Below, piece after piece: positions 53,695 through 64,000 of a DNA stretch of 64,000 bases. The notes below the pieces were generated by a model, which worked only from the letters and a program-made list of their open reading frames with translations, did not search any database and had not been told where the DNA came from. The stretch's first letter is position 1, and the number at the start of each line of letters is the position of its first letter. The stretch is from assembly GCF_006345805.1 (NCBI RefSeq), contig NC_043003.1, forward strand, positions 9,920,001-9,984,000, read 5' to 3'. A program made the position numbers and the translations under genes. This stretch comes from Octopus sinensis. Lineage: Eukaryota.

Positions 53695-54378
53695 CATGCA
53701 GACACACGTATGTGTGTTTGACTAAATCGGAAAGAGTTAATCTTTAACAGAAAATTAGCTACATCTAATGTTGTCTATCTTTTATCAGATTGATAATTTC
53801 AAAGCGGAGTATGGCTATTATTTATGACCTAGCCACCAGGAAATTCAAAGTTATCACGCAAAAGTACTTCCCTCAAGAATAACTCACAATCGATAATGAT
53901 CAATAATTAATACTAATATAATTGAAAAAGAAACCACAGACCCTCAATAAATTGTAATATCACGAAATCGTGAGATTATCAAGTGTCTACAAATACAGGA
54001 CAATTTATTTACGTGTGTTCATAGAAATATGTCCATTGTTAGAGCCTGGGGGTATGAAAGGAGGATACCGGGTGATGGTCGGAAACATTTCGATTCAGAT
54101 CACATGTACTTTATATAAATGTGTGTGTGTGTGTATGTGTGTGTGTGTGTGTGTTTGTGTGAATGTGTGTGTGTGTATGTAGAATTCGGATTTTGAATAT
54201 CTGTATTTACATATATAAAATTATACAAACACACACGCACACATATCTTTGTGTGTGTATATGTATGTAATCATGGACAGATGGATGTATGCATGCATAT
54301 ATCTATTCATGTATTATGTAAGTATATTTGTGTGTGTGTTTATGTGTGTATTATCTAATTATTGAGTTTATTTTCTAG

Positions 54379-54447
54379 ATGGAGAAAGAGCTGGTTTCTA
54401 ACCCTGATCCGAGCTTTCCTTCACTGGAATTTCAGCAACAGCCACCG
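54379..54447 (+). CDS. Candidate internal coding exon (69 nt), unknown host gene
   Basis: Branch-like ctaat at 54355-54359, acceptor tttattttctag, donor CCG|gttagt; phase 0 reads MEKELVSNPDPSFPSLEFQQQPP (phase 2 is also open). Not recognised as a known protein. Confidence 0.4.
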
Positions 54448-54529
54448 GTTAGTTGTGAATGTATATGTGACTATGCGCAAGAACTGGTAATCACAGCATG
54501 CGCAGATCTGCATGTCATGTTTTATCTAG

Positions 54530-54715
54530 GTCCGATGGGGTACACAAAAGAAACCGGAATTTTGCAATATTTCATTCACTTAGTTTTACATGTTTACACT
54601 TTCATCGCCATCAAAGTATTCTCCATTTGAAGCAATAAATCGATCCAGAAGATTTTTCCACAGTTCGAAGCAATCCCGCAACTTTTCAAAATGATGCCTT
54701 TTACCGCCTTCGCGT
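54530..54715 (-). mobile_element. Mariner 3' fragment
   Basis: Minus translation DCFELWKNLLDRFIASNGEYFDGD; TIR-like ggggtacacaaaagaaaccggaatttt. Confidence 0.65.
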
Positions 54716-54734
54716 TTTTTTATTCTTCACTTCA

Positions 54735-55090
54735 GTCCCACTGCCTGACAACTTGGGCAAGTGTCTTCTACTGTAGCCTAGGGCCGACCAAAGCCTTGTG
54801 AGTAGATTTGGTAGACCGAAATTGAAAGAAGACTGCCGTATATATATGTGTGCGTATGTGTGTGTGTGTTTGCATTTGTGTGTTTATGTCTGTGTATGTC
54901 CCTCCACCATCGCTTGCCAATATATGTTGGTGTGTTTACGTGACCGTAACTTACCGGTTCGGCAAAAACCCGATAGAATAAGTACTAGGCTTACAAAAGA
55001 TAAGTCCAAGGGTCGATTTCTTCGACTAAAAGGCGGTGCTCCAGTATGACCACAATCAAAATAAGTGAAACAAGTAAAAGAATAAAAGAA
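54735..55090 (+). mobile_element. SINE-A, 5'-truncated
   Basis: cttgggcaagtgtcttctactgtagcc..ggcggtgctccag..gaaacaagtaaaagaataaaag. Confidence 0.85.
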
Positions 55091-55312
55091 AGAATTGAAT
55101 CCCAATTTTGAGTCTGTATTCAAATAGAACATATTTATCCAACCTCACAACAGAATTTCCAACAACGGAAAAACATTAGCGCTAAACAGATTAGCACACC
55201 AGGTCATATATATATATATATACTATTTCATGATGAAGGAAGAAGAATAATATATCTCATGTGCATAAACAGATGTATACACATGCTTTATATGTACCAA
55301 CATACTCATACG

Positions 55313-55363
<51 letters not shown>

Positions 55364-55830
55364 GCCCATACATATATATTTATTTTATAATGTTATCTCT
55401 TGGTTTACGAATACGTTTGAAACTGATCGAGCATATATTGGAACGATATATATGCATGTGTATGTGTGCATGTGCGTGTGCGTGCGTGTATATATATATA
55501 TATGCAGGCAGTAGGTATGCACATATGTATCCCAAAATAGGCAAAACGGTTTTAATGAGAAGGACAACCTCATATAGACACACCAGGCTTTTTGCAATTC
55601 ATCTGTAATCAATTTGATTGATTTTCATATTTACCCACTAGGAAAATATATAAATGAGTATTGCAGACTCTCAAGCTGTGCACTGGCAATGGTATTTACA
55701 ACAAATACGAAACTTTATGCCGTCAATGGTAATTTGGCTTAGCAAGTATTCTACAATAATGCAGTTAGTGTTTCTCGATATGATGATGTGGCACAACGGT
55801 TCTGAGTGGGCATTAATGTTTACCCATTTG

Positions 55831-55864
<34 letters not shown>

Positions 55865-55870
<6 letters not shown>

Positions 55871-56040
55871 TAATCCAAACAAGAAAACACAAAAAAACAC
55901 AACAACGCGAGGACGTGGAACAAATAAAGTATTATTGGACGCTCAGGAAAGAAGGGAAGAAGGAGGGTTTAACGTTTCGAGCGGATCTCTTCGTCGGAAA
56001 CATAGGAGAAGGAAAGATCCCGAGAAGGGAAGACAGGGGA
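55865..56040 (-). mobile_element. Family E terminal-repeat fragment with hammerhead-like motif
   Basis: Minus: GTTT-CCGACGA-A-GAGA-TCC-GCTC-GAAA-CGTT-AAAC (56001-55967); tail ends in (TA)n. Confidence 0.7.
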
Positions 56041-56161
56041 AAAAATTGCCAGCGGTACTCACGAGATCACATATATATATACACATACATTCTCAGGGAG
56101 TTTCTCTCCATCAAATATATAGTGCTTTATGCTATTTAATCGGAAAATGATGATAATAATG

Positions 56162-56195
<34 letters not shown>

Positions 56196-56224
56196 GAGGA
56201 GGAGGAGGAGGAGTTTAAGCAGCA

Positions 56225-56960
56225 GCAGTAATTCTTTCTTTATTGGCCACCAGGACCGAACACAAAACATGGAGGACGATACACAGGCGAGGGACGGTAA
56301 GGTTAAACATGACCAGGGCTTTCTGAAAGTTATCCATATTTTCCGGCCCGAAAGTCCTCCGGAAGAGACCTGCCAGTTGATCCCTTCGATGTCCAGGACC
56401 TCTCCGAGTACGTTGTCGCTCTTGCGCTCCACTAATCCCCTATAGAACTCTAAGGTAGAACTTCCACCAACAGCATTGCCTAACTGGCCGAGGGCTGTGA
56501 GCGCTTGAAGATACTCCAGGTGCCAAGCACCTTCTCTCTAGGACTGTAGGGGAAAAGCGCGTTCAGCAAACAGCGACCACACCTGCTCAACTTTAAGGTA
56601 TCACTGGAGTCCTCGCAGCCTCAGCGCATTTCTGCGCATCCTCAGCCACGGCACACCGAGTCTTCCACGCAACGAGGGTTGACAGCAAATGGACCGTCCG
56701 ACAAGCGGTACCTGTACCTTCGATAAGAAGCGGAAGAACAAACGCACCTTGTTCACTTGGAGATCCTGACCGAACCAAAACACGAGCAACTTAACAGGTC
56801 CTTCTGTCCAGCGCCCCACCACGCTGTTGGTTGACATGGACCAGCCTCTCTAGGTGCCGAGATGCAGGCCCACTGACTTCTCCTGGTTGACCATTGCTCC
56901 TGTCACCGCTTCGTATTCACTTAGGAATAGTGCCGACCATCTCGATTTCCAAAATGTCCT
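56225..56960 (-). mobile_element. Tx1/L1-like LINE ORF2 fragment (downstream of RT)
   Basis: VVGRWTEGPVKLLVFWFGQDLQV..LFFRFL..GRLGVPWLRMRRNALRL..EFYRGLVERKSDNVLGEVL; homologous to 15350-16040. Confidence 0.75.
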
Positions 56961-57859
56961 TTCTATTACAAATAAAACGCGCAGTTGATACTTATCTTAT
57001 CGAGCCTGAAAGGTTGAAAAGCAAAATCGGTTGCAGAGGAATTTGAACGCAGAACATAAACGTGGACGAAATGCCACTAAGCATTTTGTCCGGCCTGCTT
57101 ACGATTCTGCCTCGATTAACTTGGAGTGCTGTATGCATAATTTCCATCAATGGCCTATTTAGCACGTGAAAGTGAAACATCAAATATGGAGAGGAAAACA
57201 TGGATGTGTATGACGACCAAACAGCAAATACTCTCGAGTATATACAGATAATAAGAGAATCGAAATAATTACGATACTACTGAGCTAAATAAAGATATAA
57301 TAAATCATACCTTGGATCGTATTGGAGTAGAAGAAAGCCACCGAACACGCATGAGGGATGTAAGTCTCCTTGAAACCAAAGGTGGTAATTCAAACGATTT
57401 CACCATAAAACAAAAGACATAAGCCTATATTAAAAAAGAAAAGAAAGAACTCTGCTGATACGACCACACATACAACAAAGCTGATCATAAGCAAATGAAA
57501 ATACAACATAACTTAATGCGGTTAGATAAAAGTGTTGTAACAGGAGGGGTAAAGCAACAATAGACAAAAATAACTGGCGGAACTGAAAGATAAAGTGTGG
57601 ATTAAGATCGCACAATTCTACATGAAAATATTCCTGGAAATGCCATTACATTCGATATGTCGTTCAACAATAAACGACACAAACACGCAGCAAGTAGATT
57701 GATCGGAGTTTAACAATGAAGGGAATCCATGAGAAAAAAAAGAAAAAGAAACAGTGGCCATAACAAAGTCAGTGAACTTGGATCAACAGAAATCCCTACC
57801 TGCACAACATACAAATAAACAAAAATTCCCCCAAAAAATAATTCAGTAAAAAAAAGTAC

Positions 57860-58035
57860 TCCTCTTCCTCCTCCCCTTCTTCTTCTTCTTCTTCTCCTCC
57901 TCTTCCTCCTCCTCCCCTTCTTCTTCTTCTTCTTCTTCTTCTTCTTCTTCTTCTTCTTCTTCTTCTTCTCCTCCCCCTCCTCCTCCTCCTCCTCGTCCTT
58001 CTTCTTCTTCTTCTTCTTCTTCTTCTTCTTCTAAA
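57860..58035. repeat. Polypyrimidine (CTT)n/(CTC)n tract
   Basis: About 175 bp almost entirely C/T on the plus strand. Confidence 0.95.
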
Positions 58036-58706
58036 TACATGTATATAGCTAGGTATATATATGTGTGTGTGTATCTATGTATGTATATTTATATATATGT
58101 ATATGTATATATATGTTTATGTATATATATGTATATGTATATATATATATGTGTGTGTAGATATATATACATATATATGGATATTTATGTATACATTATG
58201 TAAATATATATGTATGTATGTATGTATGTGTGTGTGTGTTTCTGTATGTCTATGTATATATGCAGAAGCAAAGCCGAGTATCAAGAGTGAAAATTATCAA
58301 GTCAGAAACACAGAAACATTGGTAGTATCGAGGGAAATAAGACTGGATTCTGATACATTAAAGTCTACTGAAGTCCCGATAAATACCGATGGAGCGAAAA
58401 TATTCTATATAAAATATTGAAGAAAATCCTGGGAAGACTTATCTTTGGACCGGAAAATAAAATAGGATGCACTGAAAATGGGAACGGGGAAAAAACCTGA
58501 ATATTGACAAAATAGAATTTCGATAAAATAGAAGTCACACGTGAAATGAATAGATTACGTTGAGCCAATCATGAATGAGAAACACAAATAAAACGCGTCA
58601 AACATTGTGATCATTTAAACCAAATGCGTAAAAGTTTTACCCAGATATTAACAAAGGAAAGAGTAATATAGAAAAATATGACAACATAAATAGACAATGA
58701 AGGATA

Positions 58707-59097
58707 TCTTTATATATAAAAGAGAGGTTGTGTGCTGTCTCCTACGATTTAGATTCCTAACTACTCCCACATTTTGCGGTGCAGTTTAACCAAAATCTGG
58801 TATCTTATAGTCGTGATTCATATCGAGCCCTTCTGGGTATTAGCGCGCGTCTACGATGAGTCTACGATTAAAAAAAATTTACCATCAATTTTTCCCATTT
58901 TTAATGCATTTTTGGCATATATAAGGGAAGTAACTCTCTAAAAATTTATTATTAAATCTCAGAACGTAAAAAGCTACAGTAACACCCCCCCCTTTGTGGT
59001 TAGCCATATTGAGATGGCTATTATACTTTACATCTCTAAAAATGCTTATATAGTTATTTCCCTTACAAACCCGAGCAACGCCGTGCGATACTGCTAG
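58707..59097 (+). mobile_element. Non-autonomous Helitron (391 bp)
   Basis: 5' A|TCtttatatataaaag; 3' cccgagcaacgccgtgcg (imperfect hairpin) then CTAG|T; AT target, no TSD. Confidence 0.8.
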
Positions 59098-59227
59098 TTT
59101 CAAAATAATACAGTACAAAAAAAAGCAGCAGAGTTAAATGCTCAAAAATCACAGGTGAACGGAATTCTAAAGGATACAATAGAACCACAAGAATGAGTCA
59201 CTTTAACCAATCAGAAATTATTTAAGA

Positions 59228-59807
59228 AGGCGGCGAGCTGGCAGAAACGTTAGCACGCTGGGCGACAGGCTTTCCGGTATTTCGTCGGCCGCGACGTTCT
59301 GGGTTCAAATTCCGCCGAGGTCCACTTTGCCTTTCATCCTTTCGGGGTCGATTAAATAAGTACCAGTTACGCACTGGGGTCGATCTAATCGACTTAATCC
59401 AGTTGTCTGTCCTTGTTTGTTCTCTCTGTGTTTAGCCCCTTGTAGGTAGTAAACAAATAGTTATTTCGTCTGCCGTTACGTTCTGAGTTCATATTCAGCC
59501 GAGGTCGAATTTGCCTTTCATCCTTTCGGGGTCGATAAATTAAGTGCTAGTTACGCACTAGGTCGATATAATCGATTTAATCCGTTTGTCTGTCCTTGTT
59601 TGTTGTCTCTGTGTTTAGCCACTTGTGGTTAGTAAAGAAATGAGTATTTCGTCTGCCGTTACGTTCTGAGTACGAATTCCGACGAGGTCGACTTTGCCTT
59701 CTAATCTTTTGGGGTCAATAAATTAAGTACCAGTTACGCACTGGGGTCGATATAATCGACTTAATCCATTTGTCTATCGTTGTTTGTCCCCTCTATATTT
59801 ATCCCCT
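59228..59807 (+). mobile_element. SINE-B tandem array: one head plus 3 x about 184-bp units
   Basis: Unit starts at about 59276, 59460 and 59643. Confidence 0.9.
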
Positions 59808-59809
59808 TA

Positions 59810-62188
59810 GCTCAGCGGTTCACCAAACGAGATCGATAAAATGACGTAGCTGTTCGCCAAACGGGTTCCCTAAAACGACTAAGCGGTTCGACAAACGAGA
59901 TCGATAAACAGACTTAGCGAAACGCTAAACAAGATCGATAAAATGAATTAGCGGTTCGCTAAAGAAGTTCGATAAAATGACTTAGAGTGTCGCCAAAGAT
60001 GATCGATAAAATGACTTAGCGGTTCGGCAAACAAGATCGACAAAATGATTTAGAGTTTCGCCAAACAAGATAGATAAAATGACGTAGCGGTTCGACAAAC
60101 AATATCGATAAAATGAATAGCGGTCAGCCAAACGAGATCGATAAAATGACTTAGCGTTCGCCAGAAGAGATTGATTAAATGACGTACCGGTTCGCCAAAC
60201 GAAATCGATAAAATAACGCAGCGATTCACCAAACGAGATCGCTAAAATGAGTTAGCGGTTCGCCAAACGAGATCGAAAATATGACTTAGTGGTTCGATAT
60301 AATGACGTAGGGGTTCGTCAAACAAGATCGATAAAATGAAGTAGCGCTTCGCCAGACGAGATCGTTAAATGACATGTTGTTTCGCCGTCGTGATCGATAA
60401 AATGATATAGCGGTTCGCCAAATAAGATCGATAAAATGACTTAGCGGTTCGACAAACGAGATCGATAAAATGACATAGCAGTTCACAAAACGTGATCGAT
60501 AATATGACTTAGCGGTTCGTCAAACGTGATCGATAAAATGACTGAGCAGTTCGACAAAAAAGTTCGATGAAATGACGTAGCGGTTCGCCAAACGAGATCG
60601 ATAAAATGACTTAGCGGTTCGCCAAACGAGATCGATAAAATGACATAGCTGTTCACAAAACGTGATCGATAAAATGACTTAGCGGTTCGCCAAACGAGAT
60701 CGATAAAATGACTTCGCGGTTCGCCAAACGAGATCGATAAAATGACATAGCGGTTCACCAAACGTGATCGATAAAGTGATATAGCGGTTCGCCAAATAAG
60801 ATCGATAAAATGACTTAGCGTTTCGCCAAACATGATCGATAAAATGACCTAGTGGTTCGGCAAACAAGTTGATAAAATGAATTTAGCGTTTCGATAAACC
60901 ATATCGAAAAAATGACATAGCGTTTCTCAATCGTGATCGAGAAAATGACGTAGCGGTTCGCCACATGAGATCGATAAAAGGATATAGCGGTTCGACAAAC
61001 ATGATCGAGAAAATGAATTAGCGGATCGCCAAACAAGATCGATTAAGTGACGTAGCGGTTCGCCAAACGATGTCGATAAAATGACTTAGCGGTTGACAAA
61101 AAAAGTTCGATAAAAAAATATAGCGGTTCGCCAAACGAGATCGATAAAATGACATAGCGGTTCGCCAAACGATTTCGATAAAATGACGTAGCGGTTCACT
61201 AAACGATATCGATAAAATGACGTAGCGCTTCGCCAGACGAGATCGTTGAAATGACATAGCGGTTCGCGAAACGTGATTGATAAAATGACTTAGTGGTTCG
61301 CCAAACGAGATCGATAAAATGACTTAGCGGTTCGTCAAAAGAGATCGATAAAATGACTTAGCGGTTCACCAAACGAGATCGCTAAAATGACTTAGCGGTT
61401 CGCCAAACGTGATCGATAAAATGATTTAGCGGTTCGCTAAACGAGATCGCTAAAAGGACTTAGCGGTTCGACAAATAAGATCGGTAAAATGATTTATGAG
61501 TTCGCAAAACGAGATCAATAAAAGGACTTAGCGGTTCGACAAACAGGTTCTATAAAATGACAGCGATTCGCTAAACAAGATCTATAAAATGACTTAGCGG
61601 TTCGCTAAAGGAGTTCGACAAAATGACTTAGCGTCTCACAAAACATGATCGATAAAATGAACTAGTGTTTCGGCAAACAATTCGATGAAATGAATTGGCG
61701 TTACGGTAAACAAGATCGAAAAAATGACTTAGCGTTTCGCCAAACGTAATCGATAAAATGACGTAGCGGTTCACCTAACGAGATCGATAAAATGATATAA
61801 TGATTCGACAAACATGATCGGTAAAGTGAATTAGCAGATCGCCAAACGAGATCGATGAAGTGACTTAGCGGTTGGGCAAAAAAATTCGATAAAATGACGT
61901 AGCGGTTCGACAAATTAAATTGATAAAATGACGTAGCGCTTCGACAAACGAGATCGATAAAATGATATAGCGGTTCGCCAAACGGAATCGATAAAATGAC
62001 GTAGCGGTTCGCCAACGAGATCGATAAAATGATGTAGCGGTTCGACAAACGAGATCAATAAAATGACTTAGCAGTTCGACAAACAAAATCGATAAAATGA
62101 CGTAGCGGTTCTACCCACGAGATCGATAAAATGAAGTAGCGGTTCGCTAAAGGAGGTCGATAAAATGACGTAGCGTTTCTCCAAACAT
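59810..62188. repeat. 34-bp satellite, about 70 monomers (consensus AGCGGTTCGCCAAACGAGATCGATAAAATGAC(T/G/A)T)
   Basis: Direct tandem periodicity with scattered substitutions and indels. Confidence 0.97.
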
Positions 62189-63375
62189 GTTAGTTAGTTA
62201 GTTAGTTAGTTAATTTGGCTCAAAAGCAAATAGCAAGGCCATGTAGGGGGACATGGTGGTGTTCATGTAAAGAGTTCAGGCCACTTGAGGTCCAGGGAGG
62301 CTTTGAACAAAGCGGTCGTCGGCATCTTCACCATCTCGTCTGGCAGCTTGTTCCACGGATCCGCAACCCGGACGGAGAAAGCTCCTCTCCTTCGATTGAG
62401 ATGAAATCGTCGCAGGTAGAGATTTTCGGAATGACCCCGCAGCCGACGCTCCGGAGCAGGAGTGAAGAACAGCTCTTTCGAGAGGTTACACTTCCCGCTA
62501 TGATGTTGTGGGCGAGAATGAGATCACCACGGCGGCGGCGTTTTTCAAGAGAATAAAGGTCGAGCGTCCTCAGCCTTTCTTCATAGGACAAATTTTTGAG
62601 ACCATGAACCATGCGGGTAGCCAGCCTCTGGACTCTTTCGAGGTGCTGTATGTCTTTAAGGAGATAAGGAGAAGAGGCTTGAATCCCATACTCCAATATG
62701 GGTCTCACCAGCGTGACATAGAGTGCAGGAATATGGCTGCTGTGAGCATTCCGATGACCGTCGAATCAAAAACAGAATTCCGCGCGCTTTGTTGGCAGCA
62801 TGGACGCACTGGGCCGAAGGCGAAAAGGAGGAATCCACCAAGATACCCAGGTCCTTTACCTGATCGGTCCTCTCCAGCAGCAGACGACCCGGCTCGAAAT
62901 CAAGTTGAGTTGCAGGAGTAGAGCCGACAAGCAGATGACAGCACTTTGACACGTTCAGACACAGGTCCCAATCGTTAGACCACTTCCAAATTTGGTGGAG
63001 GCATCGACGAAGATCCTCTATACTACCGCGAGGAGCGACCAGTTTGATATCGTCGGCAAATAGAAGGGTGTGTTGCGTGAGGTCGTCGGGCAAGTCATTT
63101 ATGAAGACTAAGAACAACAAGGGCCCAAGCACTGAACCTTGAGGCACGCCACTGCTCGCACTGGAGACGTCGGACCGCGAACCATTAACTTGAACTTGGA
63201 AGGAGCGATCTGAGAGGAAGGCACCAACCCATCGTACAATATCCGGATGGAAACTATATGCTTGAAGCTTGACAAGTAGTAGGCGGTGGTTTACCGAGTC
63301 AAAAGCTTTGGCAAAGTCCAATAAAACGATGTCAACAGCATCTCTATCATGACCGATGATATGATCTAGCTGTGC
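62189..63375 (-). mobile_element. 5'-truncated CR1-clade LINE (RT to C-terminus) with (TAAC)n tail, inserted in the satellite
   Basis: VDIVLLDFAKAFDSVNH, GVPQGSVLGPLLF, LFADDIKL, RPILEY, LERVQRLATR, RRRGDLI, FSVRVADPWNKLP; short 3' UTR; (GTTA)n at 62189-62212. Confidence 0.93.
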
Positions 63376-64000
63376 AGCAAACGAGATCGATAAAATGACG
63401 TAGCGTTTCGCCAAACGAAATCGATAAAATGACATAGCGGTTCGCCAAACGAGATCGATAAAATGACTTAACGATTCGCTTAACATGATCGATAAAATGA
63501 CGTAGCGGATCGGCAAACAGATCAATAAAATGACGTGGTGGTTCGCCAAACGAGATTGATAAAATAACCTTGCGGTTCGACAAACAATATCGATTAAATG
63601 ACATGGCGGTTTGCCAAACAGGTTCGATAAAATGACGTAGCGGTTCGACAAACGAGATCGATAAAATGACCTAGCGTTTCGCTAAACAAGAGAGCGATAA
63701 AATGACGTAGCTGCTCGCTAAACGAGATCGATAAAAAATTTGCGGTTCGACAAACGAGATCGATTCGCTAAACAAGATACATAAAATAACTTAGCGTTTC
63801 GCCACCCAGATCGATAAAATGACATAGCGGTTCGCCAAACGAGATCGATAAAATGACTTAACGATTCGCTTAACATGATCGATAAAATGACGTAGCGGAT
63901 CGGCAAACAGATCAATAAAATGACGTGGTGGTTCGCCAAACGAGATTGATAAAATAACCTTGCGGTTCGACAAACAATATCGATTAAATGACATGGCGGT
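63376..64000. repeat. 34-bp satellite continues (about 18 monomers) with a 390-bp higher-order duplication
   Basis: 63421-63610 is identical to 63811-64000. Confidence 0.97.

Noticed and set aside
62656-63651. 331-aa ORF as a satellite-RT fusion protein
   Set aside because: The N-terminal part is chance read-through of the satellite into a 5'-truncated CR1.
59810-64000. CRISPR-like appearance of the roughly 34-bp periodic array
   Set aside because: Monomers are contiguous with no unique spacers, there are no cas genes, and the context is eukaryotic.

Overview
AT-rich, repeat-saturated eukaryotic DNA. The tRNA-derived SINE families plus dense (TA)n/(CA)n/(TATC)n/(TATG)n microsatellites look to me like an octopod (Octopus-type) genome; this is recognition, not a database result. 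No complete host gene is visible: nearly all ORFs in the track are microsatellite read-throughs, and only one short splice-bounded exon candidate (54379-54447) was found. Recognisable content: at least four tRNA-headed SINE families (my labels A, B, C, C2, H), decayed mariner/maT transposons, two Tx1/L1-like and one CR1 LINE fragments, a non-coding LINE 3' end tied to (ATT)n, a non-autonomous Helitron, and a 34-bp satellite from about 59.8 kb to the end. Main findings: (1) about 15 minimal type-I hammerhead-ribozyme-like motifs in several unrelated Penelope-type terminal-repeat families, including a family with a fixed core variant (CUGUNGA) and a tandem, retrozyme-like pair; (2) the 34-bp satellite matches an internal segment of SINE-A; (3) SINE-B forms one-head-plus-N x 184-bp arrays with the same junction at three loci; (4) three fold-back palindromes of different ages sit at microsatellites. 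Coordinates were counted by hand; repeat boundaries are approximate (about +/-10-20 bp).
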